From an uncultured Acidobacteriota bacterium (GTDB lineage: Bacteria > Acidobacteriota > Thermoanaerobaculia > Thermoanaerobaculales > Thermoanaerobaculaceae): a DNA stretch of 64,000 nucleotides. A program made the position numbers and the translations under genes. The stretch's first letter is position 1. Every line of letters begins with the position of its first letter. This document shows positions 12,844 through 22,426 of the stretch, piece after piece. The notes under the pieces were generated by a model. That model was not told the DNA's origin. It worked only from the letters and a program-made list of their open reading frames with translations, and searched no databases. Location of the stretch: contig CAWBLW010000010.1 of NCBI GenBank assembly GCA_963789745.1, forward strand, positions 69,984 to 133,983. Reading direction: 5' to 3'.

Positions 12844-15800
12844 GCGCCGGGCCGATGCTCGACGCGGTGCGCGCCGCCGACGCCGCGGCGAGGCTTCGGG
12901 CGCAGACGTCGTTCGCAGGCGCGCTCGTGATCGAGGCCGGCGCCGGTACCGGGAAGACCGCAACGCTGGTGGCGCGGATCGTGGCGTGGTGCCTCGGGCC
13001 GGGCTGGCGGCGCGCGGCGGCCGAGTTGGCGGCGCAGCCGGCGCGCCCGCACCGCGCCGAGGCGCCGGCCGCCGAGAGGATCGCGGGGCGGGTGCTCGAC
13101 GCCGTGGTCGCGATCACCTTCACGGAGGCGGCGGCCGCCGAGATGGCGAGCCGGGTGGCGCAGGCGCTCGCCGAGGTCAGTGCCGGCAGGCTCCCGACCG
13201 GGCTGCTCCCCGAGGCGCTCGTCGTGGCGGACGGCGAGAGCGGGCCGCGGGCCGCGGCGCTGCTCGTCGCGCTCGACCACCTCGTGGTCGCCACGATCCA
13301 CGCCTTCTGTCGCCGCCTCCTGGCAGACGCCCCGCTCGAAGCCGGGCTGCACCCCGCGTTCACCGTGGACGCCGAGGGGCGGGTGGTGGACGAGGTCGCG
13401 AGGGAGACCGTCGAGTCGGCGTTCCGCGCGGCGCTGGCGAGCTCCGGAGATGAGCCGCTCGTGGCCCTGGCGGTGCGCGGCTTCGGCCCGGCCGAGGTCG
13501 CGGACGCGCTCGCCGAACTGGCGGCGGCCGGCGTCCCGCCGTCCGCGCTCGCCGAGGACCCGCTCGCGCCCGCCGCGGTGGCGGCGCTCGTCGGCCAGGT
13601 GCGCGGCGCCGCTGCGGAGGTGGACGCGCTCGTCGGGCGGCGAGTCGGGGGGCTGGGAAAGACCGCCAAGGCGATCAAGATCGCGAACGGGTGCGAGGCG
13701 CTCGGGGCGGCGGCCCTCGGGACGCTCGCGGAGTTGGCTGCGGCGGTGGCCGGCGCGCTGCCTGACAGCCTCGTCGAGCGCCTGGAGGAGTGGGGCCGGG
13801 GCAAGTCCACCGGGCGCGAGGCGGACGCGCTGGCGGACGTGGCGGCCGACCTGCGCGCGCCGGCCGGGCGCCTTGCCGTGCTCGCCGCACACGTCGCCCG
13901 CCTCGACCCCGAGCTGCTGGCGACCGCGTGGCGGGCGATCGGCCCCCTGTACGTCCAGCTCGACCGCACGATGCGTGCGCGCGGTGCGGAGACGTTCGCG
14001 GCGCTGTTGCGCGACGCGCGCAACCTGCTCGCGGACCGGCCCGCCGTTCGCGCCGCGGTGCGGGCGGGGATGACGCAGCTGCTCGTGGACGAGTTCCAGG
14101 ACACCGACCGGCTGCAGTGCGAGATCGTGCGCCTGCTCGCCCTCGACGGCCCGCCCGGCGAGCGCCCCGGCCTCTTCCTGATCGGGGACCCGAAGCAGTC
14201 GATCTACGGCTGGCGCAACGCCGACCTGGCGGCGTACGACGCCTTCCTCGACCTGGTGTGCGACGGCGGCGGCGAGGCGATGGGCCTCTCGGTCAACTTC
14301 CGGTCGCTGCCTCAGGTCCTCGACGAGGTGCGGCGGGTGGTGGAGCCGGCGATGGTGAGGCAGGCGGGCGTGCAGCCGGCGTTCCAGCCGCTCCTCCCGA
14401 GCGCGGCGCGTGCCGCGGCGCGGCCCGCCCCCGGCGGCCGCCGGGCGGCGGTCGAGCACTGGGTGTCGTGGGAGCGCGCCGAAGGTTCGGACGCGCTCGC
14501 GCCGGCGCGCGCCCGCGCGGCGGCGGAGATCGAAGCGCGCGCCCTGGCGGCGGACATCCGCGAGCTGCACGGCGATGGCGTCGCGTGGCGGGAGATCGGC
14601 GTCCTGCTGCGCACCACCGGCTCTCTCGACGTCGTCGTCGGCGCGTTGCGCGACGCGGGCGTGCCGCACGCCGTCGAGCGCGACCGCTCCTACTACCGTC
14701 GCCGCGAGGTCATCGAGGCGGCGGCGCTCGTGCGCACCGTCCTCGACCCCGGCGACCACCTCGCGCTGGTGACGGTGCTGCGCTCGGGCCTGGTCGGCGT
14801 GCCCGACGCCGCGCTCGTGCCGCTGTGGGCGCGCGGGCTGCCCGATCACGCCGGCGCGCTTCCAGCGCCGGACGAGGCGCGGCTCGGCCGCCTCGCGGCG
14901 CTCGTGGAGGAGGCCGCCGGCGCGCTTCCCGCGGGGATCCCCGGCCTCGCGCGCGTGACGGGGTGGGAGCGCAACCTGACGGCGTTCCTGGCGCGGCTGG
15001 CGGAGCTGCGCCGCTCGTTCGCGACCGAGCCCGCGGCCGTTTTCGTCGAACGCCTGCGCACCGCGACGCTGTTCGAGGCGAGCGAGGCGGCGCGCGCCCT
15101 GGGCGCGTACCGGACCGCCAACCTCGACCGCTTCTTCCGCACCCTGCTGGAGGGGATCGAGAGCGGGGGCGAGCCGCAGGCGATCGTGCGCGGCCTGCGG
15201 TCGAGCGTCGCCGAGGCGCGGGAGGCGCTCGAGGGGCGCCCCCTCGCGGCGGCCGAGGACGCGGTGCGGGTGATGACGATCCACAAGGCGAAGGGGTTGG
15301 ACTTCGCCCACGTCTACCTGCTGCAGGCGCACGGGCGGCCGCGCGGCGGCAGCAGGCTCGGCACCGGCGCCGAGGAGATCGGCGGCCGCTTCGAGTACGC
15401 CTTGCTCGGCGCCTGCACCCCCGGCTGGCACGAGGTGGAGGCGCGGCGGCGGCGGGTCGAGGAGGCGGAGCTGGTGCGGACGCTGTACGTCGCGATGACC
15501 CGCGCCAAGGACCGGCTGGTGGTGGCGGGGAGCTGGCCGGCCGCGCCGGCGGTTCATGTCCGACCGCGCTCGCACATGGACGTGCTGGCGCGCCGGGCGC
15601 CGGCGGAGGGGCTGGCTGCGGTCGCAGCGCGGGCGCGCGCCGCCGGCGGCCGCGACGCCGACGGCGACGGGGCGCGCTGGGTGTTCCCGGCGCTCGGCGG
15701 GTTGGAGGCCGGCCCGGCCGCGCCGGCGACGCCGGCGCCGGCACTGGCCACCCCGGAGCGTGTCGCGCGCGACGCCGAGCGACTGGCCACACTGCGGACC

Positions 15801-16469
15801 GAGGCCGCGGCCCACATGGCGACGGCGTTCTCCGCGCCGGCCTCGGAGGAGGCGCACCGGCGGCTGCTGGACGCGACCGCGACGGATCCGGACGGGGAGA
15901 GCGGCGGCGCCGCGTCGGCGCGCGCCCGCGAAAGCAGCGCGTCGCCCGCGGCGGCGGCCGGAGCGGCGGTCCACCGTGTCCTCGAGACGATCGACCTCGA
16001 GGCCGAGATCGGCGGCCAGCTCGCCGCCGCCCGGGGATTGCTCACCGCCCTGGTGGAAGGGTTGATCGGAGCCGACGGGCGGCGCGAGGCCGAGCGCCGG
16101 GCCGCGGAGGTCCTCACTTGCCTCGCCGCCGGTCCGCTGCTCGACCGCCTGCGCATGGTCGCGCCGCACGTGGTCGCGCGCGAGCTCGCGGTCCTGCTCC
16201 CGCCCGACGGGGGCCCGGCTGCGCCGGTCGGCTTCGTCTCCGGGGCGATCGACCTCCTCTACCGCGACCCCGAAACCGGCGACCTCGTCGTCGCCGACTA
16301 CAAGACCGACGACGTGACGGGCGCGGCCGAGCTCGCCGCCAGGGCCGCCACATACGCGCCGCAGGGTGCGGTCTACCGGCGTGCCCTCGAGGAGGCGCTG
16401 CGCCTGCCGCGTCGGCCGCGCTTCGAGCTGTGGTTCCTCCAGGCCGGCGCGATCGTCCGTATCCCGTGA
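12840..16469 (+). CDS. addA: AddA-type UvrD/Rep-family helicase-nuclease subunit A
   Basis: GTG at 12840 overlaps the addB stop (GTGA); ATG at 12855 is an alternative. It has Walker A (EAGAGTGKTATLV), helicase motifs (LLVDEFQDTD, GDPKQSIYGWRNAD, VMTIHKAKGLDF, YVAMTRAKDRL) and a C-terminal nuclease (IDLLYRDPETGDLVVADYKTD). Confidence 0.85.
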   Translation: MSAGPMLDAVRAADAAARLRAQTSFAGALVIEAGAGTGKTATLVARIVAWCLGPGWRRAAAELAAQPARPHRAEAPAAERIAGRVLDAVVAITFTEAAAAEMASRVAQALAEVSAGRLPTGLLPEALVVADGESGPRAAALLVALDHLVVATIHAFCRRLLADAPLEAGLHPAFTVDAEGRVVDEVARETVESAFRAALASSGDEPLVALAVRGFGPAEVADALAELAAAGVPPSALAEDPLAPAAVAALVGQVRGAAAEVDALVGRRVGGLGKTAKAIKIANGCEALGAAALGTLAELAAAVAGALPDSLVERLEEWGRGKSTGREADALADVAADLRAPAGRLAVLAAHVARLDPELLATAWRAIGPLYVQLDRTMRARGAETFAALLRDARNLLADRPAVRAAVRAGMTQLLVDEFQDTDRLQCEIVRLLALDGPPGERPGLFLIGDPKQSIYGWRNADLAAYDAFLDLVCDGGGEAMGLSVNFRSLPQVLDEVRRVVEPAMVRQAGVQPAFQPLLPSAARAAARPAPGGRRAAVEHWVSWERAEGSDALAPARARAAAEIEARALAADIRELHGDGVAWREIGVLLRTTGSLDVVVGALRDAGVPHAVERDRSYYRRREVIEAAALVRTVLDPGDHLALVTVLRSGLVGVPDAALVPLWARGLPDHAGALPAPDEARLGRLAALVEEAAGALPAGIPGLARVTGWERNLTAFLARLAELRRSFATEPAAVFVERLRTATLFEASEAARALGAYRTANLDRFFRTLLEGIESGGEPQAIVRGLRSSVAEAREALEGRPLAAAEDAVRVMTIHKAKGLDFAHVYLLQAHGRPRGGSRLGTGAEEIGGRFEYALLGACTPGWHEVEARRRRVEEAELVRTLYVAMTRAKDRLVVAGSWPAAPAVHVRPRSHMDVLARRAPAEGLAAVAARARAAGGRDADGDGARWVFPALGGLEAGPAAPATPAPALATPERVARDAERLATLRTEAAAHMATAFSAPASEEAHRRLLDATATDPDGESGGAASARARESSASPAAAAGAAVHRVLETIDLEAEIGGQLAAARGLLTALVEGLIGADGRREAERRAAEVLTCLAAGPLLDRLRMVAPHVVARELAVLLPPDGGPAAPVGFVSGAIDLLYRDPETGDLVVADYKTDDVTGAAELAARAATYAPQGAVYRRALEEALRLPRRPRFELWFLQAGAIVRIP

Positions 16470-16548
16470 AGGCGCGGACGGCGGCGGTTCGGCGCCCGGT
16501 TGTCTGTCCCGCGTCTCAAGCGCACAATTGGCGCGGTTGTGTGGGAAG

Positions 16549-17052
16549 ATGCGCGCGGAGGGGCCTGAAGTGTTCCGCAGGAAGGGCAAGATCGAGATCC
16601 GCCCGGTGAACGGGGAAAGGGATCTCGCCGAGGCCCGTACGCTCATGAAGGAGTACGCCTCATCGCTGGGGCGCGAGTTCTCCCTCCAGGACTTCGCCCG
16701 GGAGCTGGCGGAACTCCCGGGTGTCTACGCACCTCCGTCCGGGACGCTGCTGCTGGCCCGCTGCGACGGCCGCCTGGCGGGGTGCGTCGCGCTGCGCCCC
16801 CTCGGCGGCGGCGCCTGCCAGATGAGACGCCTGTTCGTCCGCCATCAGTTCCGGGGAAAGGGCGTCGGCAAGCGGCTGGCGCTCGCCGTGATCGGAGCCG
16901 CACGTGAGGCCGGTCACACGCTGATGCGCCTCGAGGTCGCGCCGTGGATGGAGGAGGCGATCGCGATGTACCGCTCGATGGGGTTCCGCCAGACCGAAAC
17001 ACATCCCGGCGCCGCCGGCGACCGCGTGTCGATGGAGCTTTCGCTCGTCTGA
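16549..17052 (+). CDS. GNAT-family N-acetyltransferase
   Basis: ATG at 16549. The acetyl-CoA binding motif is RLFVRHQFRGKGVGKRL, followed by YRSMGFR. Confidence 0.8.
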   Translation: MRAEGPEVFRRKGKIEIRPVNGERDLAEARTLMKEYASSLGREFSLQDFARELAELPGVYAPPSGTLLLARCDGRLAGCVALRPLGGGACQMRRLFVRHQFRGKGVGKRLALAVIGAAREAGHTLMRLEVAPWMEEAIAMYRSMGFRQTETHPGAAGDRVSMELSLV

Positions 17053-17058
17053 AGTGGC

Positions 17059-18330
17059 TCAGCCGCGCGCCGTCTTGCGCTTGAAGCGGATCGTCTTGAC
17101 CCAGGTCTGCTTCTCGCGCTTGACCACGTCCAGCCACAGTGCCCGCGCGACAACGGCGATCCACAGCTGGCAGTAGGTGAAATACGCCAGCACGATCAAG
17201 CCGATCTTGCCGAAGGAGTCCTCGCGGTCGTACGCGAGGGCGAGCAGGATCTCCATGATGAACAGCAGGAACGCGAGCAGCCACACGGCGGTGTACGGCC
17301 CCGGCAAGGGGATCGCGATGAGGCCGGCGAGGCTCGCCAGGAACAGCAGGTCGGAGACCAGGATGGCGACGAAGAAGACGTAGTAGAGCGAGAGCAGGTA
17401 CAGCACCTCGATCGCGAGCACCTTGTCCTTGAACGCCGGGATCCGCCGGAAGAACTTCGTCGCCACGTAGTTGTTGCCTCGCACCCAGCGTGTACGCTGC
17501 CTGAACCAGACCCTCCACGTCTCCGGCTCCTGCTCGTGGGTGACCGCGTACGGGATCACCTTGATCCGGAAGCCCTCCATGTAGATGCGGATCGACATCT
17601 CGGAGTCCTCGGTGATGGCGCTCTCGTCCCAACCTCCAAGATGGTCGAGGAGAGGGCGGCGGATGACGTAGTTCGTGCCGGGCAGCGTGGAGACCCGGAA
17701 CAGCGCCCACCTCCCGGCCTGCACGATGGACTGGAACGAGAGTGTCTCCACGTTGATGAAGCGCGTCAGCAGGTTGGTGTCCTTGTTGACGGTGCGGAAC
17801 TTCCCGATGCAGGCGCCGAGCTCGGGGTGGAGGAGGAGCTGCGCCACGAGGTAGCGCAGCGCGGCGGGTTCGGGCGTGTTGTCCGCGTCGTAGACGGCGA
17901 TGAGACCGGCGTCGGTGCGGGCGAGCCCGATGTTGAGGGCGCGCGACTTTCCCCGGCCGCCCTCGCCCGGGGGGACCTCGACGAGGCGGACCCGCCGGTC
18001 GCGGCGTGCGAATTCTGCGACGATTGCGCCGGTGTCGTCGGAGGAGCCGTCGTCGATCACCAGCACCTCGTAGCGCTGGAAAGGGTAGTCGAACGCGAGC
18101 ATGGCCTCCAGCGTGCGGCGGATTACGATCCCCTCGTTGTGCGCCGGGATCAGGACCGCGACGTCGGGCCAGTCGAACGTGAGGGCGTCGACCTCGCGCT
18201 TCTCCTTCGCGGAGCGCAGGACGTGGAAGAACCCCGCCACCGTGAGCACGAGCTGGTAGGCGATCATGAACCAGATCAGGATCACGGCCACGACGAAGAC
18301 AATGGAGAGGTCGAGCTGGAGGGCGCTCAC
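17059..18330 (-). CDS. processive family-2 glycosyltransferase, PgaC/IcaA/NodC-like polysaccharide synthase
   Basis: GTG at 18330 overlaps the upstream gene's stop (GTGA). 423 aa, with N-terminal TM helices, VAVLIPAHNEG, VIDDGSSDDT, VYDADN, ITEDSEM, the Q-x-x-R-W signature RQRTRWVRG, and four C-terminal TM helices. Confidence 0.85.
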   Translation of the reverse strand: MSALQLDLSIVFVVAVILIWFMIAYQLVLTVAGFFHVLRSAKEKREVDALTFDWPDVAVLIPAHNEGIVIRRTLEAMLAFDYPFQRYEVLVIDDGSSDDTGAIVAEFARRDRRVRLVEVPPGEGGRGKSRALNIGLARTDAGLIAVYDADNTPEPAALRYLVAQLLLHPELGACIGKFRTVNKDTNLLTRFINVETLSFQSIVQAGRWALFRVSTLPGTNYVIRRPLLDHLGGWDESAITEDSEMSIRIYMEGFRIKVIPYAVTHEQEPETWRVWFRQRTRWVRGNNYVATKFFRRIPAFKDKVLAIEVLYLLSLYYVFFVAILVSDLLFLASLAGLIAIPLPGPYTAVWLLAFLLFIMEILLALAYDREDSFGKIGLIVLAYFTYCQLWIAVVARALWLDVVKREKQTWVKTIRFKRKTARG

Positions 18331-21300
18331 GCGGGCCGCCGGCGGAGTTGCGGCCGCACGCGCACGATCAGGTAGAGGCTGACCAGCAGCCCGACCGCGA
18401 GGGCGCCGAAGATCTCGATCACGTACGACGACCAGAAGCTGGTGATGTCGACGCCGTACGACACGCCGCTCTGGGTCACCAGGAGCACGGTGTGCTGGCC
18501 GGGTGGAAGGATCACCGCGTCGCAGCCGCTGCCCTCGAGCGCCGTGAACGGCGTCTCGTGCCCGTCGACGAAGAGGGCGAACGGCTGCCTCGCCAGGGTC
18601 GCGATGCAGCGGTTCCCGGAGCGGTACCCGAACGTCACGCTGCGCTGCGAGCTCTTCTGGAACAGGAGGTCGCCCGTGATCGAGAGCAGGTGGGAGTCCG
18701 GCACGCCCGGCTGCAGCGCCTGCAGCGTCGGCTCCACATCGAGAACCGTGTAGCTCCCCGCCGGCAACAGGAAGCGCCCGCGGCCGACGGTGCGCACCCT
18801 CTGGTTGTCGCGCCAGATCTCCTGCGCGTCTGTCGCGAGCTGGAGCACGATCGGTGTCGGCGTGTCGATCGCCCAGCCGTCCTCGACCCGCTTGACCTTG
18901 GTGCGCGCGGCGTACGCCGAGGGGAGGAACGGGAGGTCCTGTTGGTTGATGCTCGACTCCGAGTAGATCGCGACCCGCTGCGCGCCGAGCGCGGCGGAGT
19001 GGACGAGCCAGGCCGCCTCCGTCCCGGTCTGGACGCGGGTGGGGAACGGCGTGATCGCGTTCGCGGCGCGGAACGAGAGGATGTTGAGGTCGAGCGCGAG
19101 GTGTTCCGGGTCCACCAGCCCCGCGTAACGGGCGGCGATCGCCTCGTACCGGCGGGGGTCCGACGACCACATGCTCTCCGGGTCCTCGACCTGAAGGCGG
19201 AAATCGAACCTCGAGCGCAGCGCCGCGATCTGCTTCGTGTCCACGCCAAGCCAGGTGCGCAGCTCCGGGGCGGCGAGGCTGTCGAGGACCGTCACCACGG
19301 TCTGGAACCCCGGCTTCCCCTGGGCGACCGAGGCGGCCATAGTGAGCATCGCCTCGTGGAGCTGGACGTTCTTCGCGACCCGGTAGCGGTCGAACGCGGC
19401 GAGCGCCGCGGGGTCGCGGCGCCAGTAGCGCGGCGACGCCGAGTCGAAGAGCTCGATCGGGTCGAAACCGTAGTGCTGTTTGAACTCGCGCCGGGCGGAG
19501 GGGTGCAGCGGTGTGACGAGCTGCGGGTCCTTCATGCCGCGACCGGCCTCGAAGTAGAGCTCGCCGATGTCGACGCCGTCCCAGTCGGCGCCGGTGAGCA
19601 GCGTGCGGTAGAACTCGGTCGCTGCGGCGAGGCACGCCGGGTCGGTGAGCGCAACCGGATAGCGCCAGGAAGGCCGGACGTCCTCGCCCTTGTAGTTCTT
19701 CTCCCGCCACTCGGGGTGGTCCTGCCAGAACTTCTGGCTCACCTGCGGCGGCTCCAGCCAGCAGTACACCAGGATGCCGTTGGCGTGGCAGAGAGCGATC
19801 AGCTTGGCGTAGTCGTAGGTCCACTTGGCGTACTCGTGCCACCCTCCGACGTGGAGGATGCGGATCCCGGCCGCGGCCCAGCGAACGACGAGTTGCTCGA
19901 TGCTCACCGTGTGCCGGTAACCGGGGTCGAAGAACATCTCGAGCTGCTCCCGGCGGACGAGCGGCGTCAGGTTGAAGAACCGCTGCACGTAGCTGGCGAG
20001 GTAGGGGTAGCGGGAGTACCCGCCCGTGCTCACAGGGTCGAAGCGAGTGCCGAACAGGATGAACCGCCCGGCGCCGTAGCGCCGCCCGATGACGACAGGG
20101 ACGCCCGTCACCTCGTCGGATGCGAGGACCTCGTCCTCGTCGGCGGTTTCGAACTTGTGCATCACCTCGCCGGAGTTCCAGTGCAACGGCTCGTCCGGGT
20201 AGAGGCGGTCGCGCACGCGCTCGATGAGCAGCGTCGAATCGAGGAAGCGGACGCCGAAGGCGGTGGCGAGGTCGTTGCGGAAGTCGGTGATCAGGTTGCC
20301 GCCGCCCTCCACGAAGCTCTTGAGAGCCCCGACCTGCCGTTCCGTAAGCGCCTCGGCGACCGAATACGGCACGATCACCAGATTGTGGTCGCGCGTGTCG
20401 ATGGCGAGCAACGGCGTCACCGGCGTCTGGTCTACCGGCATGTTCAAAGCGCGAAACGGCGCCGCGAGGCTCGCCTGGTCGTTGGCGGCACCCCCGGTGG
20501 CGTTCGGGTCGTAGAGGAATAGCACGTCGGCGGGGGCGTAGCGCTCCTCCCTCCTGGCGACCCTGGCGAGCAGGTCGCCGGCTTGGCCTTTCGCCTTCTC
20601 CCAGAACGAGAGCGGGCGTTCCCTGTACTCGCGAGGCTCGGCGACGTAGATCCAGCGCGGAGGAAGCTTCACGTCGCGTTCCACCTGGCCGCGGAGCCGC
20701 GTCGGGGAGACTTCGCGCCGCACCAGCTTTCCGTTGCCGTCGATCCACGACTCGCGCAGGTACTGGTCGGCGAGGGTCAGCTTGACGGTGGCGTTGCCGC
20801 TCACGATCGCCCGGTCGTCCATGACGACGGAGTTGGACATCTCGCGCACGTCCACGAACGTGTACCCGAGCGCCCGGATGCCGTCCACCAAACGGGCGAG
20901 GCACTCGATCGGGACGAACGGGTGGAAGAACGCCGACGCAAACCCGTCGCGCACCGCGAGGTCCGCTTTCGCGTAGGAGAGGAGCTTTTCGACGGACGCA
21001 TCCTCCTTGGCGATGTCGGGGTCGAGGGGGACGTAGCCGAGGTCCTCGGGGAGGATGCGCTCCCCGTACATGTCGCGCTTGATGATGTAGGGGAAGTACT
21101 GGCTGTAGTCGAGGTTGTCGAGCACCAGCCGCTGCTCCATCGCGGTCGAGAAGTGTTCGGCGAACACCGAGTAGTCGACCGTGGAGGCGCTGTAGTGCGG
21201 CGTCTCCCACACGAGGGGGTAGACGCCATTCTTGATGCACTCGGCCAACCCGATCCGCAGCTTCCGGTTGACGTACTCCCTGGAGTCCTCCGGCAGGATC

Positions 21301-22310
21301 CGGTTGCCGCTCTCGTCCCAGAACTCGTAGTCGGTCGCCGTCTCGCCCTTGTACTGATGGGTCACGCCGTGCATGACGATCGTGCCGCCGTGCTCCATCA
21401 TGTAATGCAGGGCGTCCACGTAGTCCGGCTTTTCCGACATCGCCACCCGCGTCTGCGTGGCCGGGTTGACGTAGAACGGGATCACCCCGACGAGGAACGG
21501 GATCTTGCGGGCGAACAGGAGGTCCGCCACGGCGCGCAGGCTCGCCGGGTCGGAGAACGGGTTGGTGTCCTCGATGCGGATGAGCGCCGAGTGGGAGTGC
21601 GGGTGGTCCTCGCCGAGGATGTCGTGCAGGAGGTCCGCGAAGTACAGGTAGCGGTCCGACTCCGTGGCGTAGGAGAACGGCGAGTCGGCCACACACCAGA
21701 ACGGGCCGGAGCGGACCACGTACGGCACCGTCCGGCGCGTCCTGCTCGACGTCGTGGCGGCAAGCACCTGGCAGCGGGCCGGGTCCACGACCTTGAGCAC
21801 GTTGGTGTTGGGTTCGGTCTTGGTGAAGCGGTCGTCACCGGCTTGGACGGAGTCGAAGACGGAGGTCGTGTCGAAACCCTCGTCCACGAACCCGAACCGT
21901 GCCCCGAGGTCGAACGCCCGCCCGAACTCGACCAGGCCGGTGTTGAGCCAGACGAACGTGCCCCCGTCCGAATAGGCGTCGCGCATGACCGCCGCGGGAG
22001 GGTCGAACGCCTTTGTGAATCCGACGACGAACGTGGCGTCCGCCATCGCCATCTCGCCCGCCCGGTAGGCGTCCGCCGACTCGAGGGTGACGGCCGTGGA
22101 GAAGTGGCCGAGGAGCTGCTGCAGCTGACGGGCGTCGCCGAGCCCGCTCGCCGCCGGCGTGGGGCCGGGCTCGTATACGATCAGCACCTTCTTGATTTTG
22201 ATCTCGTCGCCGGCCGCAAGGGAGGCAGCCGCGAGTGCGAGCGCCCCCAGTGCAACCGGAAGCGTCCATCCGATTCCGCCTGGGTGCCGCAGAGAATGGT
22301 TCGATCGCAT
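18327..22310 (-). CDS. large secreted, membrane-anchored polysaccharide-modifying protein (DUF2334/deacetylase-like plus glycoside-hydrolase-like TIM barrel)
   Basis: ATG at 22310 gives a signal peptide (MRSNHSLRHPGGIGWTLPVALGALALAAASLAAG). 1327 aa. A DUF2334-like block runs ALIRIEDTNPFSDP...IVMHGVTHQY...WETPHYSAS. A later TIM-barrel-like block is HVGGWHEYAKWTYDYAKLIALCHANGILVYCWLEPPQV...WDGVDIGELYFE. A C-terminal TM helix (IFGALAVGLLVSLYLIV) ends the protein. Confidence 0.75.
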   Translation of the reverse strand: MRSNHSLRHPGGIGWTLPVALGALALAAASLAAGDEIKIKKVLIVYEPGPTPAASGLGDARQLQQLLGHFSTAVTLESADAYRAGEMAMADATFVVGFTKAFDPPAAVMRDAYSDGGTFVWLNTGLVEFGRAFDLGARFGFVDEGFDTTSVFDSVQAGDDRFTKTEPNTNVLKVVDPARCQVLAATTSSRTRRTVPYVVRSGPFWCVADSPFSYATESDRYLYFADLLHDILGEDHPHSHSALIRIEDTNPFSDPASLRAVADLLFARKIPFLVGVIPFYVNPATQTRVAMSEKPDYVDALHYMMEHGGTIVMHGVTHQYKGETATDYEFWDESGNRILPEDSREYVNRKLRIGLAECIKNGVYPLVWETPHYSASTVDYSVFAEHFSTAMEQRLVLDNLDYSQYFPYIIKRDMYGERILPEDLGYVPLDPDIAKEDASVEKLLSYAKADLAVRDGFASAFFHPFVPIECLARLVDGIRALGYTFVDVREMSNSVVMDDRAIVSGNATVKLTLADQYLRESWIDGNGKLVRREVSPTRLRGQVERDVKLPPRWIYVAEPREYRERPLSFWEKAKGQAGDLLARVARREERYAPADVLFLYDPNATGGAANDQASLAAPFRALNMPVDQTPVTPLLAIDTRDHNLVIVPYSVAEALTERQVGALKSFVEGGGNLITDFRNDLATAFGVRFLDSTLLIERVRDRLYPDEPLHWNSGEVMHKFETADEDEVLASDEVTGVPVVIGRRYGAGRFILFGTRFDPVSTGGYSRYPYLASYVQRFFNLTPLVRREQLEMFFDPGYRHTVSIEQLVVRWAAAGIRILHVGGWHEYAKWTYDYAKLIALCHANGILVYCWLEPPQVSQKFWQDHPEWREKNYKGEDVRPSWRYPVALTDPACLAAATEFYRTLLTGADWDGVDIGELYFEAGRGMKDPQLVTPLHPSARREFKQHYGFDPIELFDSASPRYWRRDPAALAAFDRYRVAKNVQLHEAMLTMAASVAQGKPGFQTVVTVLDSLAAPELRTWLGVDTKQIAALRSRFDFRLQVEDPESMWSSDPRRYEAIAARYAGLVDPEHLALDLNILSFRAANAITPFPTRVQTGTEAAWLVHSAALGAQRVAIYSESSINQQDLPFLPSAYAARTKVKRVEDGWAIDTPTPIVLQLATDAQEIWRDNQRVRTVGRGRFLLPAGSYTVLDVEPTLQALQPGVPDSHLLSITGDLLFQKSSQRSVTFGYRSGNRCIATLARQPFALFVDGHETPFTALEGSGCDAVILPPGQHTVLLVTQSGVSYGVDITSFWSSYVIEIFGALAVGLLVSLYLIVRVRPQLRRRPA

Positions 22311-22426
22311 CGTGCCCCAACGCACCCCGCCACACCCGCCCTGGGGCGCCGGTGCGCAGTGTGAACGCCTTGACGGCCGCGATGTTAGCACGCGGGTGCC
22401 CCGCCGCCGTGTGCTACCGTCGCCGC

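Noticed and set aside
17059-21696. A 1545-aa ORF, and similar very long ORFs (for example 12477..16646 antisense to addA, 3366..6002, 9079..10701, 40977..42533, 50963..53704).
   Set aside because: Their translations are Arg/Ala/Gly/Pro-rich low-complexity strings with no recognisable domains. They overlap, in other frames or antisense, genes with clear family signatures. Stop-codon depletion in ~70% GC DNA explains them.
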